Below, one piece after another: positions 30,785 through 38,688 of a stretch of 64,000 bases of DNA (positions within the stretch are counted from its first letter, which is position 1; every line of letters begins with the position of its first letter). Made by a program: the position numbers and the translations under genes. The notes beneath the pieces are model-generated. The model had not been told where the DNA came from. It was given only the letters and a program-made list of their open reading frames with translations, and did not search any database. Location: NCBI GenBank assembly GCA_963674705.1, contig OY771506.1:4448001-4512000 (forward strand), written 5' to 3'. The DNA comes from Phycisphaeraceae bacterium (GTDB taxonomy: Bacteria; Planctomycetota; Phycisphaerae; Phycisphaerales; Phycisphaeraceae).

Positions 30785-33034
30785 CTAGAGTAATCCCAGC
30801 CCCGCCAGAACGATCAACACAACCATCGATAACCCGATCGCCATCGCAGACACACCTACAAGTACCGCAACAGTTCGTGTCCACTTCGGTGGCGTCGGAA
30901 CCCGCAACGATTCCAACTCCCCGGTTTCCTTAATCCGCTGATATTCTGCCGGCCTTTCGTGCTCAAGTTCTTCCTCCGGCACGACACCAGTAAAGATCAC
31001 ATCATCCACCGGGAACTTCTCAGGACGCAGATTCGCGTTGAAGAAGTGGATCGTGAAGATGAAACCCGCCGCCAACAGCGCCTCGTACCCGTGCACGATT
31101 GTCGCAATATTAAACGACCAACCGGGGATGAACTTGGAGAAGAAGCCTGGGAACCAGAGCATCAAACCGGTGCTGCCGATGATGAAAGTACCCGCGATCT
31201 CCGCCCAGTAGTCGAACTTCTCCCAATAGGTCCAGCGATCGAATGCGGGCTTGCCTTTGCCGGTGAAGAACCAACGGAACATGCCCAGACAATCGGTAAA
31301 ATCCTTCCATCGGGGAAGCAGGGTATACGGCCCCATCAGCAGTGTCTTGGCCGGTTTCTTGCGGAAACGCTTGTAGACACCCACAAAGTGCACAACAAAA
31401 TTGATGACCAGAATAATGGCAAAGAAGCGGTGCCAGGTTCCCGCCGCTTCCACACCCCCCATGCCATACGCCAATGCCTTGGCCCACCCCTGATCGGAGA
31501 AGAGCAACGGCATGCCAGTCAGCGTGAGGCCGAAGAATGTGATCGCAACAAATGCGTGATTGACCCGATTGATCTTCCGGAATCGCTTTACTGAATAGGC
31601 CTGCTTCTTCGCGGCGGCTTCGCCTGCGGGTACTGGATGATTCTTCTTCTCAACCAGTGAACGGATCAACCACAACACGGAGTGCAGCCCGTAGAATCCA
31701 AAGGTGATGCTCATCAATATAATGAAGTATGTCCAGACCCCCGCAAGTAACGGGTACTTCTCCCAGTCCCGGAAGTCGGCGTGGGGCATGAACTGCACGA
31801 ACTTGGCGTTTGCTTCCTTGTGGCACTCACCACAGGTTGAAACAAGATTGGCCTCATTGACCCGTGAATCCGGATTCTCTGCAGGCAGGATGTCATGTGC
31901 TCCGTGACAATCACTGCAACGTGCGGCACGTGATGAGCCAAGTTGGTTCACCTGGCCGTGATAACTCATGCGATATGTGTCATAGAACGAACGAGCGATA
32001 CCGCTATCAGTCGACAGACGTTCATGGCACTGCCCGCACTCCCCGATGATGTCACGCATAAAACCGGGCGTCCCCGCCTGTGTAATGGAGTGGGCAGTAT
32101 GACAATCCGTACAGACAGGCGCATCGGGATTATCTTCTGCTAACCGCTGCCCGTGAATGCTCGTGACATAAACCTCTTCGATCCCGCTGTGACAACTGCC
32201 ACATGTGTCTGGGATATGCGTCCGGTTCACCGAGGAGCCTTCATCACTGCTGGGCAAGATATCGTGCGCCTTGTGGCAATCAACACAGGTCGCCGCCACG
32301 ATCAACCCCGCTTCACGGACCGCCTTGCCATGGACACTTTCCATGTAGCTTGTGACGTATTCGGAAGAATCCAGTCCGTTTGCTAACTTGTCGTGGTGCT
32401 CGCTGTGGCAATCTCCACAGAGGTTGACTACATTAAGCGGATACGTCTTGGCCCTGCGATCGGTCGATGGATAGATATCGTGCCCCCCGTGGCAATCAGC
32501 ACAGGTTGGCGCCGAATCATCCCCATTAGCCAGCGCTTCAGCGTGGATACCCCGACGATGCTCCGCCGCAGCAGTCGTGTGACATGCACCGGTGCAATTC
32601 ACCTGCTTCATCTGCATCGCGTGTGGCAGAAACTGTGCATCTTCGTGACATGAAGTACAAGCCAGCGCCGCGTGAGGACCGTCGGCTAAGGCATCCGGTG
32701 TGACAAAAAGACCCGGCCTCTCGACCGGCTCCGCTTCCAGAAGGGACCGATCCTCCGGCGGGGCGACCATTGAGCGCCGCTCCGCGACTGACAGATTGGA
32801 GATATGGTGTTGCCCGTGGCAGTTATAACAGCGATTGTTCTGGGTCTGTGCCTGGGTCAGTTCGACCGCCCAAGCCGGAGCTTGATACAAACCAATGACC
32901 GCAAGACATATCAGCAGCTGACAGAACAAACCACTCACGGCGTGCCCACAACTCGTGATTCGTCCTTTAGTGCTTTCAATCATCGTAGATACGTCCCTGA
33001 TCATCCCCGCCGGATTCCAATTACGACCGGTCAT
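30785..33034 (-). CDS. CbcL-like fusion: multiheme c domain (11 hemes) + FdnI-type cytochrome b membrane domain
   Basis: 10 CxxCH + CTGACH; NH..LTGMPL, WHR, DRWTYWEKFDYWA, HGYEALLAAGFIFTIHFFN..RPEKFP; ORF-track start 33124 falls inside the promoter, so ATG 33034 (SD GAGG) used. Confidence 0.87.
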   Translation of the reverse strand: MTGRNWNPAGMIRDVSTMIESTKGRITSCGHAVSGLFCQLLICLAVIGLYQAPAWAVELTQAQTQNNRCYNCHGQHHISNLSVAERRSMVAPPEDRSLLEAEPVERPGLFVTPDALADGPHAALACTSCHEDAQFLPHAMQMKQVNCTGACHTTAAAEHRRGIHAEALANGDDSAPTCADCHGGHDIYPSTDRRAKTYPLNVVNLCGDCHSEHHDKLANGLDSSEYVTSYMESVHGKAVREAGLIVAATCVDCHKAHDILPSSDEGSSVNRTHIPDTCGSCHSGIEEVYVTSIHGQRLAEDNPDAPVCTDCHTAHSITQAGTPGFMRDIIGECGQCHERLSTDSGIARSFYDTYRMSYHGQVNQLGSSRAARCSDCHGAHDILPAENPDSRVNEANLVSTCGECHKEANAKFVQFMPHADFRDWEKYPLLAGVWTYFIILMSITFGFYGLHSVLWLIRSLVEKKNHPVPAGEAAAKKQAYSVKRFRKINRVNHAFVAITFFGLTLTGMPLLFSDQGWAKALAYGMGGVEAAGTWHRFFAIILVINFVVHFVGVYKRFRKKPAKTLLMGPYTLLPRWKDFTDCLGMFRWFFTGKGKPAFDRWTYWEKFDYWAEIAGTFIIGSTGLMLWFPGFFSKFIPGWSFNIATIVHGYEALLAAGFIFTIHFFNANLRPEKFPVDDVIFTGVVPEEELEHERPAEYQRIKETGELESLRVPTPPKWTRTVAVLVGVSAMAIGLSMVVLIVLAGLGLL

Positions 33035-33117
33035 GGTTTGGCCTCGCATTCGGATGGCTGGGATTGAATCACGCCGACCACGCGAGGCGCGTACATACAA
33101 CCACCCAATTGCTGCAT

Positions 33118-33133
33118 TGCACACCGCGTGCCA
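33118..33133 (-). promoter_or_regulatory. sigma54 promoter of the inner-membrane/periplasmic cytochrome operon
   Basis: Minus strand TGGCACGCGGTGTGCA = GG-N10-GC with consensus TGGCACG. Confidence 0.78.
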
Positions 33134-33181
33134 AGTGAGATTGCCCTAAAGCCAGCTATATAAGCTTGTTAATCCCCGTAC

Positions 33182-33197
33182 TTCTCAGATGTGAGAA
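33182..33197. promoter_or_regulatory. TTCTCA-N4-TGAGAA palindrome, putative upstream activator site
   Basis: TTCTCAGATGTGAGAA about 80 bp upstream of the predicted sigma54 start site. Confidence 0.68.
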
Positions 33198-33232
33198 TGC
33201 CCCTTCCCGCCAACTCCCGTTCACAAGACCAT

Positions 33233-34543
33233 TTACCCCTCCCGGTTAATGGGCAGGTGGATAATTGCCGTGACGCCCTCCCCGGGCTTGTTATCGAACT
33301 CAATTCGCCCCCCCTGCCGTCGGATCAGGTTGTAGCTGATCGCCAGCCCCAGGCCGGTCCCTTTCCCGACTGGCTTGGTGGTGAAGAATGGCTCGAACAG
33401 GTGTGGCATGTGCTCCGGATCAATCCCCGGACCGTTGTCGGAAATCCATATCCTGCAGAACTGGCCGTTAAAAGCTGTCCCGACTTCAAGCCGCGGATTA
33501 TCCACTTGCCCTTCTTCCAGTGCATCCAACGAATTGAACAAAAGATTGGTCAGCACCTGCTGCAACGCATGCGGCTGTACTTCACACGCCCGGTTCTCCG
33601 ATGACAATTGCTTGTCTATCGTGACCTTGCGCTGCCTCCGATCAAACCGCGACATCTGCAAAGCCGACTCGACCTGGTCATTAATCGATACCCGCTCCCA
33701 GTGATAGTCAGTTGGATGAGCAAAGTCAGTTAGTTGACGAACGGTTTGCTTGATACGCTGGACCTGCTGCCGAAGGGATTCAATATTCTCCGGTGTCAGG
33801 TGCTTGTCGTTTCGCTGAATGAGTTGAAGTACGCTGTCCATGCTGGCTAGCGGGTTAGCGACTTCATGGGCAACTCCCGCAGCCATCTGCCCCAACCCAA
33901 CCATCTTCTCCTGCTGGATCATCGCCTCTTGCTGTTTCCGCAATTGCCGAACCAAGGCACGCACCCGGCGATTTCTTGCAAGCAGGTGCCAGTGATTGCG
34001 ACGCAGTGCATGCATGATGTGATTGGCCAGATAGATCGTCACCAGCAGCATGACCGCCCAGCCGACAAGCATTAATCGCTCAATGAATGTTTGAGGCAAG
34101 CTATCACTTACCGCCAGGCAACCCATCAACATCAACATCGCCGACAGAGCCACGCCATACGCATGCGCCGGCTGAAACAACATGCTCGTGAATACCATGT
34201 GGAACACAAAGAAGCCTATCAAAGGGCTCTGCAGACCACCTGTCCAGGTTGTCAGGATTGCCAGGCACCACAAGTCAGGCAGAATATGCAGCCAGACAAT
34301 CGGAGCATGTTGTCCCGAGTTTGTCTTGTAATACCTGAGCCTCTGCCTAAGTACGGCGTTGTAGGCAATGATCAGCCCCCCGATCACGACCATCCATGGC
34401 GCCATTGGATACCAATGCAGCCATAGCCAATCCAGGCCCGAAGCCAGGATCACGACCGCTGCCGCGATCCAGCGCAGCCGCACCAGCCAGACTATTTGCT
34501 GGATAAGCAAGCGCGTGGATTGATTCAATTGCTGTTCCGCCAT
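33233..34543 (-). CDS. Membrane sensor histidine kinase with RegB/PrrB-like TM domain
   Basis: WLVRLRWIAA, TGGLQSPL; H-box AAGVAHEVANPL; N, G1 (DNGPG), F (FEPFFTTK), G2 (GTGLGL) boxes. Confidence 0.88.
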   Translation of the reverse strand: MAEQQLNQSTRLLIQQIVWLVRLRWIAAAVVILASGLDWLWLHWYPMAPWMVVIGGLIIAYNAVLRQRLRYYKTNSGQHAPIVWLHILPDLWCLAILTTWTGGLQSPLIGFFVFHMVFTSMLFQPAHAYGVALSAMLMLMGCLAVSDSLPQTFIERLMLVGWAVMLLVTIYLANHIMHALRRNHWHLLARNRRVRALVRQLRKQQEAMIQQEKMVGLGQMAAGVAHEVANPLASMDSVLQLIQRNDKHLTPENIESLRQQVQRIKQTVRQLTDFAHPTDYHWERVSINDQVESALQMSRFDRRQRKVTIDKQLSSENRACEVQPHALQQVLTNLLFNSLDALEEGQVDNPRLEVGTAFNGQFCRIWISDNGPGIDPEHMPHLFEPFFTTKPVGKGTGLGLAISYNLIRRQGGRIEFDNKPGEGVTAIIHLPINREG

Positions 34544-34567
34544 GCTGGATTTACCCGCACGAAGTGA

Positions 34568-35611
34568 CTACCTGCCCGCCGATGACTCGGGCCCGTCCTC
34601 TCGAGTCGATTCCTGCAGGTCCAGCATTTTAACACCATCCACGTAATCAGTCAGCACCACCCGCTTTAGCTGCTTCAGTGACGCGATCACCCCGGACATC
34701 CGATGCAGATTTTCCTGGATCTGCCCCAACCCCTTCTGTAGTGCCTCGTCAGGCCCGGATCGGCGTCGAAGCAGTGTCAATTGCAGGTCAATGGTGGTGA
34801 TCGCGTTGTTCAATTCGTGATTTAAGGTCAATGCGGTCTGCTGGAGCGTCTGGATACGCCGACGCTCATTTTCCTGAAGCTGCTCCGCCAGGCTGTTGTA
34901 GGCCTGCGCCAGTTCATCAAATTCGTCCGACTGGCCGATCACCACCCGATGCTCGAAGTTTTCCTTGGCTAATTCACGGCTGGCGTGTACGAGCCTGCCG
35001 ATAGGTCGAAGAACCATCCCGGCGGCACGCAACATCATCAATATCGACGTGTTGATTACGACCATAAAGCCAAGCGCAATCGCCACCACCAGCCAGCGGA
35101 ACTGCCCCGTCAGGATGGACTGCTCATCCCGTGAGTGTGCCTGGACATGGCGTGAGATTTCAAGCAGTTCATAGTGCATCTGTGCAGCCCGATCCAGACA
35201 CGCCATGTTGTACTGAAGCGATAATTCACGATCATTCGCTGTCGCCAGGATACCGACCAACGACTCAAATTCTTTCATGTCCGCCATATATTGCTGATAT
35301 GTCGGATAAATCTCCGGTTGCTTGATCGAATGATGCGAACCGAGTTCTACCGCCACCGCGTTCATCGCTTCGATCTCATCGACAAGCTGGTCCAGGTGTT
35401 GCTGCCGACCGGTCTGTAATGCATACAACTCGACCTGTACCGTCGACAAGCGAGTGTTTAATTCACTGGTGTGGTCAACCGCCATCGCGGCCGTGCGCAG
35501 GTTGTCCATGTCCACAAACACACGCTGCAATGACCACAAGGCAGCCACCGCCAACACCATGAGCATCGCGGCCAGAGTGACCAGGATCAGCATCAGTTTA
35601 CGGCGCAGCAT
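34568..35611 (-). CDS. Two-TM sensor with HAMP and H-box (HisKA-like) but no ATPase domain
   Basis: Periplasmic helical domain, HAMP (RPIGRL..DEFDELAQAYN), TLNHELNNAI, protein ends soon after; ATG 35611 with SD. Confidence 0.78.
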   Translation of the reverse strand: MLRRKLMLILVTLAAMLMVLAVAALWSLQRVFVDMDNLRTAAMAVDHTSELNTRLSTVQVELYALQTGRQQHLDQLVDEIEAMNAVAVELGSHHSIKQPEIYPTYQQYMADMKEFESLVGILATANDRELSLQYNMACLDRAAQMHYELLEISRHVQAHSRDEQSILTGQFRWLVVAIALGFMVVINTSILMMLRAAGMVLRPIGRLVHASRELAKENFEHRVVIGQSDEFDELAQAYNSLAEQLQENERRRIQTLQQTALTLNHELNNAITTIDLQLTLLRRRSGPDEALQKGLGQIQENLHRMSGVIASLKQLKRVVLTDYVDGVKMLDLQESTREDGPESSAGR

Positions 35612-36647
35612 GCTGGAAGCCCCCTTCTTCTTTTGCAGATAGCATATCGGACCGCATCGACTGTAACGCCGATTCCGGAGCCACTCCGATCTCATTCCAA
35701 TCCGGCCCCAGCTTTTCAATCATGTCATAGACAGACTGGAATTCCTCACGATCGCAAGGTTGAAACCTTGCAATACCAAACACTGACAAAACCCGAAGAC
35801 CTGCCTCGTTCTTATCCATATCCAGCAGAACGCTCGTTAATTGCTTGACCAGACTCACATCCAGATCACGCCGGACCAGCAGTGCGTTGTTAGGTACCGG
35901 TTCACCAACAGCCAATCTTCGGTAATGGATTGCCGGATCCGCCTTTTCAATGGCATCGATACGCAGGTCTTTCGCTGCCCCCGCATCCACTCGACCAAGT
36001 TGCACCTGATGTATTACCTGATCGTGTGTACCGACCCATCGTATGGTCACACGCTTGTCACCACTTAACAGGCCATGCTCACTAAGAACATACATCGGGA
36101 ACAGATGGCCGGCAGTCGTTGTCTGGATCATCGCGATGGATCGCCCTGCCAGGTCTTCCAGGCTGCGGATTGGTGAATTTTCCCGCACGAAGATAACACC
36201 GCGATAAGTACTGACGCCATCTGCTGTCTCCGGCTTCACAAGCACACGGGCATCCAACTGCCTGAGGGTCATCGCTCCTACCATCGACCCCATAAATGAC
36301 GCATCTGTTTGCCCATCAGCCATGTCCTTGAACGCCTGTTCATAATTGCTGGGCGTAACTAACTCGATCGGCCGTCCAAGCTCCTCCGACAGGTAATCTG
36401 CAAGTGCATGGTAGCGGCGACGCTGCTCAAAAACGTCTCGCTCGGGCATGATGCCGATCCTCAAAGCGACCATCCCTGACACGTTACGCACAGGTGAAGG
36501 CATATCGGTCTGCTTGTCCGGTTTGGGTTCTCGGCTCAACCAACAAAGCATCAAAAGAATCAACACCAACAGCGTACAGCTGAGAATCACCATCGAAATG
36601 CGCATGCGAGCTACTGCCATCAATCCATTCCTGCAATCTTCTTTCAC
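35598..36647 (-). CDS. PhnD-family (phosphate/phosphite/phosphonate-type) substrate-binding protein, N-terminally anchored
   Basis: LRIGIMP, LADYLSEELGRPIEL, YRGVIFVR, TTTAGHLFP, GTHDQVI, PVPN; no ABC permease nearby. Confidence 0.85.
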   Translation of the reverse strand: MKEDCRNGLMAVARMRISMVILSCTLLVLILLMLCWLSREPKPDKQTDMPSPVRNVSGMVALRIGIMPERDVFEQRRRYHALADYLSEELGRPIELVTPSNYEQAFKDMADGQTDASFMGSMVGAMTLRQLDARVLVKPETADGVSTYRGVIFVRENSPIRSLEDLAGRSIAMIQTTTAGHLFPMYVLSEHGLLSGDKRVTIRWVGTHDQVIHQVQLGRVDAGAAKDLRIDAIEKADPAIHYRRLAVGEPVPNNALLVRRDLDVSLVKQLTSVLLDMDKNEAGLRVLSVFGIARFQPCDREEFQSVYDMIEKLGPDWNEIGVAPESALQSMRSDMLSAKEEGGFQHAAP

Positions 36648-36695
36648 GACTTACCCAGCACTACTACAAATCTCGCGCCGAACTGGCGAGAGAAC

Positions 36696-36711
36696 TGGTA
36701 TCCCGTTTGCG
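36696..36711 (+). promoter_or_regulatory. sigma54 promoter upstream of the ygbA-like gene
   Basis: TGGTATCCCGTTTGCG = GG-N10-GC. Confidence 0.62.
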
Positions 36712-36768
36712 ATAATTCTGACCGGACGAAGAAATCCGATTCTGTGATTAACCTGCGGAATACTTCTA

Positions 36769-37152
36769 ATGATTTTGCCTGCAAATAAAAACCAATATAA
36801 AGATATAAAAACCTTTAATGATCTGCATTTGCTCATCAAATTCATTGAGGTTTACTGCCAAGGCCATCATTCTGAACAAGCAGAATGCGATCTGTCGTTC
36901 TTGAAATATGTTGATCTGAAAGAACTTACGAACAAATTGCCGGACCTGTGCCCGGACTGTCAGAAGCTGCTTACGCATGCCCTTGTTAAACGCTCAACAT
37001 GTCCAATGGACCCTAAACCGACTTGTAAACACTGCACAAAGCACTGCTACCATCCCCATTACCGACAGCAGATTCGTGAGGTGATGAAGTATTCCGGTAA
37101 AAAGTTGGTGCTGCGAGGGCGGATAGATTATCTGATACATCTACTTTTTTGA
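36769..37152 (+). CDS. ygbA: YgbA-family ('nitrous oxide-stimulated promoter') Cys-rich protein
   Basis: IEVYCQGHH, LCPDCQKLL, CPMDPKPTCKHCTKHCY, IREVMKYSG. Confidence 0.85.
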   Translation: MILPANKNQYKDIKTFNDLHLLIKFIEVYCQGHHSEQAECDLSFLKYVDLKELTNKLPDLCPDCQKLLTHALVKRSTCPMDPKPTCKHCTKHCYHPHYRQQIREVMKYSGKKLVLRGRIDYLIHLLF

Positions 37153-37179
37153 GTGCAATTGAGAGGAAAATGACTTACA

Positions 37180-37197
37180 ATTCTCACTCTTGAGAAT
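37180..37197. promoter_or_regulatory. Perfect ATTCTCA-N4-TGAGAAT palindrome upstream of the activator gene
   Basis: ATTCTCACTCTTGAGAAT, 90 bp before the NtrC-family start. Confidence 0.68.
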
Positions 37198-37286
37198 GTT
37201 GGCGGGCGTATCTTTCATAACCAATGCGATGTCGACAAACGGGTAGTACCGGTTCGTCAGAGGACATCTATCTGCAGGCTAAGTCC

Positions 37287-38657
37287 ATGAGCAAATCGAT
37301 CCTGATTGTTGAAGACGAGGAGGTGTTACGCCAGAGCCTCGCGGAACTGCTTTCCGATGAAGGCTATGAAGTCCAGCAGGCATCCGACGGCAAGCAAGCG
37401 TACGAGTTGATCCTCGATCATCCGGCCGACCTGATCCTGACGGATATCCGCATGCCGAATATGGACGGCCTGGAACTGCTGGGCAAACTGCGACAGACCG
37501 CCCCACAGACGCCGGTCATTATTCTCACGGCCTACGGCACGGTGGAAAGCGCTGTCGCCGCGATGCACAGCGGCGCCCATGACTACATGCTCAAACCCGT
37601 CAACTTCGACGAGGTTTTGTTGAAGATCGAACGTGCGCTTGAATACGGCGATATGGACCGCACACGCCAAGTGATGACCGATCAGCTTGCAGAAGACAGC
37701 ACCTTCCACAATCTCGTCGGTGAAGCACCAAACATGACCCGCTTGTTTGATACGGTGAAAAAACTCGCCACCGTAAAAACAAGTGTGCTGATCGTGGGCG
37801 AATCCGGGACAGGCAAAGAGCTGTTCGCCCGGGCCGTACATTACAACGGTATCACACGCGATAAGCCTTTTGTCGCGGTAAACTGCGGCGCAATCCCTGA
37901 CAACCTGATCGAGTCGGAACTCTTCGGCTATCGGCGAGGCGCCTTCACCGGTGCTATCCGTGACAAAAAGGGATACTTTGAAGCCGCACATCACGGGACC
38001 CTGTTTCTCGATGAAATATCCACACTCCCATTAAGCGTACAAAGCTCATTGCTGCGTGCATTGGAGCAGCGAGTCGTCGTTCCCGTAGGGGACACTCAAC
38101 CCAGGCCGGTCGATGTCCGGATCATCGCCGCGAGCAACCGCGATCTTAAAACCATGGTCTCGGAAGGCGAGTTCCGTGAGGACCTGCTTTACCGCTTGGA
38201 TGTGGTCAAGCTGGAATTGCCGCCGCTGCGTCAACGTAAAGAAGATATCCCCGCATTGGTCCATCACTTCCTGAATAAATACACGCAAGCGATGAATAAA
38301 CACGTGCTGGGGATCACGAATGACGCCATGCGCGCGATGCTCTCGCATGAATGGCGGGGAAACGTACGCGAACTGGAAAACGTTATTGAAAGAGCCGTGA
38401 TCTTCGCCGAAGACCGGCACATCGAACCTGAGGACCTGCCCTTTGCCGTCCCCGGACTCGGCCACGATGATTCTGAATCCTTGAAAGAAGCGATGCGCCA
38501 GTTCGAACGCCATCACATCATGTACTGCCTCAAGAAACACAACTTCGATAAGGCCGAAGCCGCCAAACATCTTGAGATCGGGATCTCCAGCCTCTATCGC
38601 AAGCTGGAAGAACTAAACATCCCTAAAAAGTTTGATGAGAATCCTACCCCCGTCTAA
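37287..38657 (+). CDS. sigma54-dependent NtrC-family response regulator
   Basis: Receiver (ILIVEDE, TDIRMP, KP), GESGTGKE, GAFTGA, LFLDEI, WRGNVRELEN, Fis-type HTH. Confidence 0.95.
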   Translation: MSKSILIVEDEEVLRQSLAELLSDEGYEVQQASDGKQAYELILDHPADLILTDIRMPNMDGLELLGKLRQTAPQTPVIILTAYGTVESAVAAMHSGAHDYMLKPVNFDEVLLKIERALEYGDMDRTRQVMTDQLAEDSTFHNLVGEAPNMTRLFDTVKKLATVKTSVLIVGESGTGKELFARAVHYNGITRDKPFVAVNCGAIPDNLIESELFGYRRGAFTGAIRDKKGYFEAAHHGTLFLDEISTLPLSVQSSLLRALEQRVVVPVGDTQPRPVDVRIIAASNRDLKTMVSEGEFREDLLYRLDVVKLELPPLRQRKEDIPALVHHFLNKYTQAMNKHVLGITNDAMRAMLSHEWRGNVRELENVIERAVIFAEDRHIEPEDLPFAVPGLGHDDSESLKEAMRQFERHHIMYCLKKHNFDKAEAAKHLEIGISSLYRKLEELNIPKKFDENPTPV

Positions 38658-38688
38658 AGGTGCAATTTAAATCCCCCGCAACTGTCGA

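Noticed and set aside
33035..33124. ORF-track N-terminal extensions of the CbcL-like gene (33124) and decaheme gene (19292)
   Set aside because: Those start codons fall inside sigma54 promoter boxes; downstream ATGs have SD sequences
35598..36647. Phosphonate uptake operon
   Set aside because: No phnC/phnE; the gene overlaps a sensor gene instead
36671..36691. TCTCGC-N9-GCGAGA inverted repeat as another activator site
   Set aside because: Half-sites and spacing differ from the N4 motif; single occurrence
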